In this document: positions 17,507 through 25,782 of the stretch, one piece after another
Numbering within the stretch: position 1 is the first letter of the stretch
Layout: each line of letters opens with the position of its first letter
Assembly: GCA_963769215.1 (NCBI GenBank)
Contig: CAVYKX010000004.1
Span: forward strand, 235,566-299,565
DNA length: 64,000 nt
Direction of reading: 5' to 3'
Origin: Candidatus Sulfomarinibacteraceae bacterium
GTDB taxonomy: Bacteria; Acidobacteriota; Thermoanaerobaculia; Thermoanaerobaculales; Sulfomarinibacteraceae
Notes under the pieces: generated by a model
What the model saw: only the letters and a program-made list of their open reading frames with translations
What the model was told of the DNA's origin: nothing
Database searches by the model: none
Translations under genes and position numbers: made by a program

Positions 17507-18729
17507 GAGGCGTCCCCTTCAAAGCGATTGACGACCGCTGTTCCTACGAGATCGCTCCACACGTTGGTTGCCGTCCTCATCATGTCGAGGACGCGATCCA
17601 CCGCGATAATTGTCCCGATGCCTTCGAGAGGCAGCCCGACCGCCTGTAAAACAACCACCAGCATCACCAGACCTGCCATCGGAATGCCTGCAGCACCGAC
17701 CGAAGCCAGAAGAGCGGTCAGGAGCACCAGCGCCTGTTGCGGCAACTCGAGCGAAACTCCGTACATCTGGGCGATCGTCAGCGCCGCCACAGCTTCATAA
17801 AGCGCTGTGCCGTCCATGTTCACAGTCGCACCGAGCGGGAGAACGAAGCTCGTCACACCCCGGCGGTTGCCCGCCTTCTCCGAGCAATCCATGCTCAGCG
17901 GCAAGGTCGCCGAAGACGATGCGGTCGAGAAGGCGGTTGCCACCGCCGGCGCCATCTGACGCGCGTAATGCAAGGGCTTTCGCCGGCCAAGAACAAAAAG
18001 CACCAATGGCAGCGTCACTGTGGCGTGAATCAAGAGGCCGGCTCCAACGGTGATGAAGTAGTAGCGAAGATCCCAGATGATTCCCGGGCCGCTGCGCGCC
18101 ACCTCACGGGCGAGCAATGCAAAGATGCCGACCGGCGCGAGTTTGACGATGGCGAGCGTCAACGCCTGGATGATCTCGAGGACCCCGTCCACCACCTTTT
18201 GTACGGCGTCGACGTTGGGCCCGTTGAGACGCGTCAGAAAGAGGCCGAACAAGAGGGCGAAGACGATAACCGGCAATACCTCACCCGAGGCCATAGCCGA
18301 CACGATATTGTCTGGGACCATGCGAAGCAGGAATTCGGGCAGCGTCTGCGAGGTCGTCGAAAACCCCTCCGGTAGCTCGTTCGTTCCCGCGAGTGAGAGT
18401 TCGGACCCCGGCTGGATGAAATTGACCAGGGTGAGGCCCACAGCAATCGCAAGCGTCGTCGACACGGTGTAATAGATGACCGTGCGGACACCCACTCGAC
18501 CCACCGAACGGGCACTCCCGAGGCTCGAAACTCCGCTCACCAGCGACGTGAAGATCAGCGGAATGATGATCATCTTCAACAACCGCAGGAAGAGATCTCC
18601 GAGAAATCCGATCTTTTCGGCGGTAGTGGGCGTGAGCCAACCGAATGCAACACCCGCTACGAGCGCCAGGAGAACCTGCCAGTGGAGCTTGAGATACCAG
18701 GGATTCGAGTTCGCGCTGTTTTCGGTCAT
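17503..18729 (-). CDS. Dicarboxylate/amino acid:cation symporter (DAACS family)
   Basis: 408 aa, multi-pass. Family-typical segments: AFSTASSSATLPLSM, NMDGTALYEAVAAL, AAGIPMAGLVML, DRVLDMMRTATNVWSD. Confidence 0.85.
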   Translation of the reverse strand: MTENSANSNPWYLKLHWQVLLALVAGVAFGWLTPTTAEKIGFLGDLFLRLLKMIIIPLIFTSLVSGVSSLGSARSVGRVGVRTVIYYTVSTTLAIAVGLTLVNFIQPGSELSLAGTNELPEGFSTTSQTLPEFLLRMVPDNIVSAMASGEVLPVIVFALLFGLFLTRLNGPNVDAVQKVVDGVLEIIQALTLAIVKLAPVGIFALLAREVARSGPGIIWDLRYYFITVGAGLLIHATVTLPLVLFVLGRRKPLHYARQMAPAVATAFSTASSSATLPLSMDCSEKAGNRRGVTSFVLPLGATVNMDGTALYEAVAALTIAQMYGVSLELPQQALVLLTALLASVGAAGIPMAGLVMLVVVLQAVGLPLEGIGTIIAVDRVLDMMRTATNVWSDLVGTAVVNRFEGDAS

Positions 18730-18814
18730 TCACCCTCCGCTCAATACGCTGTCGGAGAGGATAGCATCTGCGCGCGGGGAGAATTCACACCGACATGGTT
18801 GATGCGAAGAGTAT

Positions 18815-18862
18815 GGAGGCGGGAATGTTCAACGTTTTAACGTTGAACGTCGAAACGTTGGG
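18815..18862. repeat. G-box plus AACGTT heptamers (stop, heptamers, C-box when read from carD)
   Basis: GGAGGCGGG AATGTTCAACGTTTTAACGTTGAACGTCGAAACGTTGGG. Confidence 0.8.
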
Positions 18863-19366
18863 TTATTCCTCGTCCTGCTTGACGACATTCCCGAGTGCGT
18901 CTTCGACCTGCTGCTCGACCTTTTCGACCGCACGGCCCTCGACTTCAGCAACTTCGAATACCAGAAGTTGGCGCGCGTGATCGTACATCTTGCGCTCTCG
19001 GAAGCTCAGCGTTTTCCGGCCTGCGACTTCGGCAAGGCACAACAGCACGTCGACGATTTCGTCGAGCTCACCGGTCTTGATGCGATCGAGGTTGGCCCGG
19101 TAGCGGTCCTTCCAATCCTCGGCGTTTTCGCCCTCCGTGGCCTTGAGACGCCTCATCGCTTTCTTGACGAGCTTCTTTTCGGCGAGGGGACGGAGGCCGA
19201 CCCGCTCGGAGTTTGTGACCGGAACCATGACCTTCGATTCGGAGCCGATCAGGCGCAGGTGATAGCACTTCATGTCAGTGCCAGCGAGGACCTCATTGGA
19301 GATGCTCTCTACAATCGAAACGCCCTGGCTCGGATAGACAACCTTGTCGCCGACCTTGAACTGCAC
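18863..19366 (-). CDS. carD: CarD-family transcriptional regulator
   Basis: MQFKVGDKVVYPSQGVSIVESI... is a CarD/TRCF RNAP-interacting domain, followed by a helical C-terminal domain. 167 aa. Confidence 0.85.
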   Translation of the reverse strand: MQFKVGDKVVYPSQGVSIVESISNEVLAGTDMKCYHLRLIGSESKVMVPVTNSERVGLRPLAEKKLVKKAMRRLKATEGENAEDWKDRYRANLDRIKTGELDEIVDVLLCLAEVAGRKTLSFRERKMYDHARQLLVFEVAEVEGRAVEKVEQQVEDALGNVVKQDEE

Positions 19367-19445
19367 TGACGCCCCTTTCGTGAACGTCTCAGGTTAACAT
19401 GGCCACCAATAGATTTCCCGTCCAGGAAGTGTATGCGGCGGTGCG

Positions 19446-20126
19446 TCAAATCTTCGCCGAAGTCTCCCCGGCACCTCCGCCGGAATCCTGGTCAGTCCGG
19501 CAATGCGGGCACACCAGGGCGCCAGGCCGGATCGGTTTCCCGCATTCGGCGCATGCAACCCGCTTGCGATCAGCCGCCCTGGTCGTGGAGACGGCAACCG
19601 CAACCAACCCGACTGCCGCCAACGCCGACAGGGGTGGGGCCACCATCGCGGTCCCGGAAAGGGTCGCCGACGCGCCGGCCTCTCCGAGTGACGCCAGCTT
19701 GCCGACCGACTCGTGGGCATCTTCAGCCAGGTCTCTGAACGGTCTTCTGATCTGGTTGCGAATCCAGTGGACCCCGGCCGCGGTTCCACCGCCGAGCACT
19801 CCTGACGTGCCCAGTTGCACAAGATCCTCGTCGAGTTTCCCGGTCACTGCCGCAAAAGCGATGAAGCCGGCCACTACTTTCGGCAGGTAGGCTGCGACGT
19901 CCGAAAATCGACCGAGATCGGGATGAGCATCGACCACGATCTCGACAACGATGAGAACAGCCAACACCGCCATGACCAGCGGATCTGCGATCCAGGCAAA
20001 TCTGGCGGATAGCTCGAAATATTGCGTATAACTGAAGACTCCGAGAGCCAGAATCGGAATGAAGGCCTTGGCGCCTGCTCCGGCTGCGATCCCGAACGCC
20101 GCCATATAGGTTGTGAGGGTTTCCAT
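19446..20126 (-). CDS. DUF4126-like membrane protein with a C-terminal zinc ribbon
   Basis: GAGAKAFIPILALGVF-type N-terminus, multi-pass. C-terminal CAECGKPIRPGALVCPHCRTDQ. Confidence 0.6.
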   Translation of the reverse strand: METLTTYMAAFGIAAGAGAKAFIPILALGVFSYTQYFELSARFAWIADPLVMAVLAVLIVVEIVVDAHPDLGRFSDVAAYLPKVVAGFIAFAAVTGKLDEDLVQLGTSGVLGGGTAAGVHWIRNQIRRPFRDLAEDAHESVGKLASLGEAGASATLSGTAMVAPPLSALAAVGLVAVAVSTTRAADRKRVACAECGKPIRPGALVCPHCRTDQDSGGGAGETSAKI

Positions 20127-20138
20127 TTCGATTTCCTT

Positions 20139-20778
20139 TCAAGGACTCTGCATCCAATCCATGATGGCTGCTGCCGACCAGCCGAAAAGTACCGCCAGCG
20201 CCATACCGACCAACAGCAGGCCAACCGTGAGCACCGCCAGTGCCACCGGCACCAGTTTCTCCCAGACCGCCAGATCTTTGCCCGCTTTCTCCCGTTCGAG
20301 ACCGAACCATGGTTGATACGTGCACCACAGTCGTCAGCAGCGCGAAGGTCCCGACACCCACCAGGATTCCCGCCAGCGGTACGGTCATCGCTCCGTATCC
20401 CGGCAACCCGATCCACAGAAAGGCAAACCTGCCGAGCCACCGGTTGAGAAATTTCCGAACCGGTCGCAGCAACCGCTGCGCATCGCGGACCAGGACCACT
20501 CGTGCCACCACGAGGTGGAGCCCAACCAGCAGCGGCACAACCGCGATCGCTCCGAAATGCACCAGCGGCATGGCGAGAGCGATCGCCGCCGTGATCGGCG
20601 CTCCCCAGATGAGCATTTGCCGGAACGTGGCGGTCTGCGCGGCCTCCACTCTCTCAAAACGCAGTTGACGAGCCTGCAGTTCTCCCATCTCACCGAGCGG
20701 GCGCCCGCAGTGAGGACACACAGCCGGTTTTTCACGAATCGGCAGTTCTTCGAGGCACCAGGGACAGCTGTGCTTCAT
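20139..20778 (-). pseudogene. Multi-pass membrane protein with an N-terminal zinc ribbon; one frameshift near 20315
   Basis: MKHSCPWCLEELPIREKPAVCPHCGRPL, then TM helices. My translation shows the frame continuing as YQPWFGLEREKAGKDLAVWEKLVPVALAVLTVGLLLVGMALAVLFGW...SP-stop at 20139. The long ORF 19723..20778 is read-through in the wrong frame. Confidence 0.5.
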
Positions 20779-20800
20779 CGCTTAAGTATACGCACTACAG

Positions 20801-20872
20801 GGGTTTCGATTCCCTGCTCCCGTCCAAATCCCGTTCCCTTCTCAGTGCCCGTGCCCATGATGCCCATGCCCG
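20801..20872. repeat. Array of about 9 C3 tracts (GGG tracts on the minus strand) upstream of the minus-strand start at 20778
   Basis: The minus strand reads GGGCATGGGCATCATGGGCACGGGCACTGAGAAGGGAACGGGATTTGGACGGGAGCAGGGAATCGAAACCCC. Confidence 0.75.
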
Positions 20873-21127
20873 TTTTTCAGCGGCAGCGCCAGGGTTCGGG
20901 AGTCAGGGACAGCGTCAGCAACCAGCGGCAGTCTTCCGCGGCGGTCTTCAGAGGCAGGGATCAGGTTCCGCGGCGGCGAGCAGTTTCATCCGAACGGTTG
21001 TCAGAACGCTGTCGCTGGCGGCTGCACCTGCCGCTGCCTTCGGCCGCGGTCGCTGTCCACTGTCGCTGTTGCCGGAGTTCCATGGAAATGGATCCACCTC
21101 ACGGAATTCCGGATGAGTCCATCGTTC

Positions 21128-21168
21128 TGACGTTCAACGTTCAACGTTCAAACGTTCAACGATCAACG
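21128..21168. repeat. AACGTT heptamer array spanning the cysteine desulfurase stop codon
   Basis: TGACGTT CAACGTT CAACGTT CAAACGTT CAACGAT CAACG. Confidence 0.8.
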
Positions 21169-22264
21169 CCGCTGCACGATCGATTTCTTCCTCGGTCGTG
21201 AATCGCCCGACCGAGAACCGGACGGTTGATCGTGCAGTGGCCTCATCAACCCCCATCGCTTCGAGAACGTGGGAGACGGCAACGCCCTCCGAGTGGCATG
21301 CCGCCCCGGCTGACGCAGCTACCTCGTCACCCAGGTCGACCAGCAAACGTGAGGCGTCGACGCCGGGGAACGCCACGCTCAAGGTGTTGGGCAGTCGGCT
21401 GGCGGGATCTCCATGCTCCACCACGCCGGTGAAACCCTCGTGGAACAGCCCGAGCAAGCGATTTCGAAGTCCGGCCAGCCGTTCCTGTTCCGCTTCGACT
21501 TCGGCGCCGGCCAACTCGCAGGCAGCACCCAGCCCCACCGCAAGCAAGACGTTCTCGGTACCGGCTCGAAGTCCGCGTTCGTGCGCCGCACCTCGAATCT
21601 GCGGCGTGATCTCGACGCCGTCACGGACAAACAGCGCGCCAACTCCTTTGGGGGCATAGAGCTTGTGGCCGGCGACCGAAAGCAGGTCGACACCCAGCTC
21701 AGCTATATCCACCGGTACTTTCCCGACCGCCTGCGCCGCGTCGGTATGCATCGCGACTCCGCGTTCACGACACAAGGACGCAAGCTCGGCAACCGGCTGC
21801 AAGGTGCCGACCTCGTTGTTGGCGAGCATCAGCGACACCAGCACCGTATCGTCCCGCAATGCTGAGGCCACCGCCGCCGGATCGGCGCGGCCGAAACGAT
21901 CGACCCCGACGATGCTGAGGCTGATGCGCCCCTCGTTCTCGAGGGCCAGAACCACCTCGAGCACGGCCGGGTGCTCAACGGCCGAGGTGATGACGTGGCC
22001 GCCTCCGCGAGCCTCGACCAGCCCTCGAATCGCGAGATTGTTGGACTCCGAACCACCGGAGGTGAAGATCACCTCCGCGGGCCGGCAACCGAGACATCTC
22101 GCAACCCGCTCGCGCGCCTCTTCCAGCGCAGCCTTGGCCCTTCGTCCCTCGACATGGGTCGACGACGGATTTCCGAAACAGCCGGTGAGGTAGGGCCTCA
22201 TGCATTCGGCCACCTTCGGATCGATGGGTGTCGTGGCGTTGTAGTCGAGGTAGATGAAACTCAT
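21134..22264 (-). CDS. Cysteine desulfurase (NifS/IscS family, class V aminotransferase)
   Basis: IYLDYNATTP, TSGGSESNN, PLP-lysine context AGHKLYAPKGVGALFVR, and catalytic Cys context SAGAACHS. The last codons (ERLNVER) lie in an AACGTT heptamer array. Confidence 0.85.
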   Translation of the reverse strand: MSFIYLDYNATTPIDPKVAECMRPYLTGCFGNPSSTHVEGRRAKAALEEARERVARCLGCRPAEVIFTSGGSESNNLAIRGLVEARGGGHVITSAVEHPAVLEVVLALENEGRISLSIVGVDRFGRADPAAVASALRDDTVLVSLMLANNEVGTLQPVAELASLCRERGVAMHTDAAQAVGKVPVDIAELGVDLLSVAGHKLYAPKGVGALFVRDGVEITPQIRGAAHERGLRAGTENVLLAVGLGAACELAGAEVEAEQERLAGLRNRLLGLFHEGFTGVVEHGDPASRLPNTLSVAFPGVDASRLLVDLGDEVAASAGAACHSEGVAVSHVLEAMGVDEATARSTVRFSVGRFTTEEEIDRAAALIVERLNVER

Positions 22265-22280
22265 TTGGGCAGTTTAACTG

Positions 22281-22326
22281 TTCAATTCTCGCCGTCGTAG
22301 CGGAGGCTTCGACGGCGAGAATTGAA
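22281..22326. repeat. Perfect 17-bp inverted repeat with a 12-nt loop between divergent genes
   Basis: TTCAATTCTCGCCGTCG-tagcggaggctt-CGACGGCGAGAATTGAA. The arms combine a GAATTGA-type heptamer with a GC-rich core. Confidence 0.8.
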
Positions 22327-22425
22327 GAAGAGGATTGAAGTCAGAGGCAAGTGTCGTTAACATGCCGAGGCTGGCTGCCGAGCGGCCCGCAATTCACTCC
22401 AACCTAACCCACGTGGAGGTCCAGC

Positions 22426-24086
22426 ATGGCCAATGGAATCGTCCCTGTCCCGAAACCGATCAATGACCCGATCAGTTCTTATGCCCCGGGCTCGCCCGAA
22501 AAGGCGTCGCTCAAGGCGAAAATCAACGAGATGCTGGGCGAGGAGATCGAGATCCCTCTCATCATCGGCGGCAAAGAGGTCCGAACCGGTAACACTGCCA
22601 AGGCTGTGTGCCCCCACGATCATCGGCACGTCCTCGGCGTCTACCACAAGGCCGGCGAGGCCGAAGTCGCAAATGGCCGTCGACGCCGCGGCCGAGGCCT
22701 GGAAGGAGCTGGTCGGAGATGCCCTGGGAGCACCGAGCCGCCGTGATGCTCAAGGCCGCCGAATTGCTGCAGGGTCCATGGCGGGACACGCCTCAACGCC
22801 GCCTCCATGCTCAACCAATCGAAGACGTCGTATCCAGGCTGAAATCGACGCCGCATGCGAGCTCATCGACTTCTGGCGTTTCAATCCCTACTACATGCGT
22901 TTCATCTACGAGCAGCAACCCGAGTCGGCGCTCGGCCATCTGGGACTACGTCGAATATCGCGCCCTCGAAGGATTCGTTTTTGCGGTCACGCCGTTCAAC
23001 TTCGCCTCGATTGCGGGTAATCTGCCGACCGCGCCGGCTCTGATGGGGAACACCGTGCTCTGGAAGCCGGCCTCGTCGACGGTCTTCGTCAACTGGCATT
23101 TGATGAAGCTCATGGAAGCCGCCGGCTTCCCGGCCGGCGTCATCAACTTCGTCCCGGGATCCGGCGGCCAGGTCGGCAACCCGGTCATGGCAAACCCCAA
23201 CTTGGCAGGCATCCACTTCACCGGCTCGACTCCGGTGTTCCAGGGGATGTGGAAAACGATCGGCGACAACATCGCCAACTACCGCACCTATCCCCGCATC
23301 GTCGGCGAAACCGGCGGCAAGGACTTCGTCTTTGCCCACGAGTCAGCAGATCTGGATGCCCTGGCCACAGCTCTCGTTCGCGGAGCCTTCGAATACCAGG
23401 GTCAGAAGTGCTCGGCTGCGTCGCGAGCCTACATCCCGAGCTCGATCTGGCCGAAGGTGAAGGAGCTCGCGCTCGGCCAGATCTCAGAAATCAAAATGGG
23501 ACCACCGACCGATTTCCGGAACTTCTTCAATGCGGTAATCGATGCCGGCGCCTTCCGCGACATTACCGCCTACATCCAGTACGCCAAGGACTCCTCGGAT
23601 GCCGAGATCCTGTGCGGCGGCGAGTGGGATGACTCCGAGGGTTTCTTCATCCAACCGACAGTCGTCCAGACGACCGACCCACACTTCAAATTGATGGAGG
23701 AGGAGATCTTCGGCCCCGTCTTGACGGTCTACGTCTACGACGAGAACGACCTCGACGGCGCCCTCGAGCTCTGCGACACCACCTCGCCCTACGCTCTGAC
23801 CGGTGCGATCTTCGCAGAGGACCGGCTGACGCTCGTGAAGATGGCGGACCGCCTCCGCCACGCCGCGGGGAACTTCTACCTCAACGACAAACCCACCGGC
23901 GCTGTGGTCGGTCAGCAACCGTTCGGCGGCGGCCGGGCGTCGGGCACCAACGACAAAGCGGGCTCGTATCTCAATCTGATCCGCTGGACATCACAGCGCA
24001 CCATCAAGGAGAACTTCATTCCGCCGAAGCACTTCTCGTATCCGTTCATGGGCGAGGAGTGGAACGAATTCGGAATTTGGATTTAG
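22426..24086 (+). pseudogene. pruA: L-glutamate gamma-semialdehyde (1-pyrroline-5-carboxylate) dehydrogenase, at least 5 frameshifts between about 22660 and 22935
   Basis: The pieces read MANGIVPVPKPINDPISSYAPGSPEKASLKAKI... / AVDAAAEAWKE / WSEMPWEHRAAVMLKAAELLQGPWRDT / LNAASMLNQSKT / QAEIDAACELIDFWRFN / EYRALEGFVFAVTPFNFASIAGNLPTAPALMGNTVLWKP...EYQGQKCSAASR. Each piece is in a different frame. Confidence 0.8.
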
Positions 24087-24133
24087 AATTTGGATTTGCC
24101 CCCACCTGGGTAGGAATTCCCACCCACCCTCCC
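24066..24133. repeat. GGATTTN/GAATTCG heptamers spanning the pruA stop, followed by C-boxes (canonical G4 motif on the minus strand)
   Basis: GAATTCGGAATTTGGATTTAGAATTTGGATTTG CCCCCACC TGGGTAGGAATT CCCACCCACCCTCCC. Confidence 0.85.
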
Positions 24134-24152
24134 GGTGAAACTCAGAACCACA

Positions 24153-24181
24153 CCCCCGCCTGACCGGCGGGGGTTTTCTTT
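24153..24181 (+). terminator. Rho-independent terminator downstream of pruA
   Basis: CCCCCGCC-TGACC-GGCGGGGG followed by TTTTCTTT. Confidence 0.6.
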
Positions 24182-24249
24182 CCCGGTGCCCGGCATGGTT
24201 TTCGGCAGATACGGATTTGACGACCTACCTGGAAGCACCGTCCTCAGAA

Positions 24250-24327
24250 CCACGGAGCCACAAAGATCACAGAGTGCAACACGGAGAAAGATCTCTGTGC
24301 GACTCCGTGCCCTCTGTGTCTCTGTGG
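24250..24327. repeat. Imperfect CACAGAG-type inverted repeat
   Basis: CCACGGAGCCACAAAGATCACAGAGTGCAACACGGAG-AAAGATCT-CTGTGCGACTCCGTGCCCTCTGTGTCTCTGTGG. Confidence 0.6.
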
Positions 24328-24554
24328 TGAATATCGGTTCCAGATCAGAATCTGAATGAGTTCCTCCGAACAAACACTCCCGGGGTGACCACGTCGCCCT
24401 CGCGATCCCTGTTCGCTGCCACTGGATCTACCGCTGCCACCGGTCTCTGAATCTGTACCTGAATTCTGCCACTGCTTCTGTCACCAGCTTCGTATGAATC
24501 TCCATCACCCCAATTTCCGGATGAACCTCTAATTGATACGTACAGGGCCATTCT

Positions 24555-25765
24555 TCATGCGATCGCCGGTTCCAGCACATCGGCCAGGACGCGCCCCAAA
24601 CGGCGGATGCCTTCGGCGATGCGGTCCTCCGGCATGGCCGAGAAGTTGAGGCGCATCGTATTCTCGTGCCCGCCGTTGGCGAAGAACGCGCCACCGGGGA
24701 CAAAGGCGACGATCTTCCTCGAGGCTGAGCTCGAGCAGCTTTCGGGCATCGACGCCGGCCGGCAGCTCCACCCAGAGGAACAGTCCACCGGCGGGTCTGG
24801 TGAAGCGGATATCTTCAGGGAAGTTCTCCTCGATCGCGGCCACCATCGCCCGGCATCGGGACCGGTAGACCTGTCGAATCCGCGCGATGTGGCCTTCGAA
24901 GTCGCACTCAGTGATGAATCGCTCGGCGAGAAGTTGGGAAAGGCTCGAGGTGTGAAGGTCTGCGCCCTGTTTGGCGAGCACGTACTTCCGTACCAGAGAG
25001 CTTTCGGCCACCACCCACCCGAGCCGCATACCGGGCGAAAGGAGCTTCGAAAGCGTTCCCAGGCGCACGACGACGCCTTGATCGTCAAACGTCGCCACCG
25101 CGGGAAGCGGTGTCCCTTCGAAACACAGCTCGGCATATGGCGAGTCCTCGATGACGGTGACGCCGTACCGTGTCCCGAGCTCGACCAGCTCTCGACGGCG
25201 GTCGAGCGACCACCTCCTGCCGCTCGGGTTCTGAAAATCAGGCACCGTGTAGATGAGTTTCACGCGGTCCGTCTCGGCGAGGCGTCGCTCCAGGTCCGCG
25301 GGAATCATCCCGTCGTCGTCGGTCGCCACCTCCACGAAACGCGGTTGGTAGGCCCGAAAGGCGTTGATTGCTCCGAGGTATGTCGGGCTTTCACACAGAA
25401 TGGCGTCGCCTTCGTCGAGAAAGACCTTGCCGGTCAGATCGAGGGCCTGTTGCGAGCCGCTGACCACCAACACCATGTCCCGAGTCACCGCCTCGTTCGA
25501 CTGCCTTTGTACTCGTTCCGCGATGATGTCCCTGAGCGTGGGTAAGCCTTCGGTGGGCGCATACTGCAGGGCCCGCACGCCGTCCTCGAGCAGACAGCTG
25601 CTTTGCCAACTCCGCCATCTCACGCGCAGGCAGGAGTTCGGAAGCCGGCAAACCACCGGCAAATGAAATCACCTCCGGCCGCTGCGTGACTTTGAGGATC
25701 TCACGGATATCCGAGGCCCGCAGGTGCCGCATCCGTCTGGCGAAACGTTTCTCTGGATTGTTCAT
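24555..25765 (-). pseudogene. PLP-dependent aminotransferase (class I/II, 2-aminoadipate/aromatic type), 2 frameshifts (about 25640 and about 24720)
   Basis: N-terminal MNNPEKRFARRMRHLRASDIREILKVTQRPEVISFAGGLP. Core LQYAPTEGLPTLRDIIAE...SGSQQALDL...NPSGRRWSLDRRRELVEL...LGTLSKLLSPGMRLGW. C-terminal VAFVPGGAFFANGGHENTMRLNFS in a third frame. Confidence 0.7.
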
Positions 25766-25782
25766 ACAAAGCCCTCCCAGTC

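Noticed and set aside
19723-20778. 351-aa ORF as a single protein overlapping the DUF4126 gene
   Set aside because: Only the first 150 residues or so look like protein. After a frameshift near 20315 the true frame ends at 20139, and the remainder is wrong-frame read-through.
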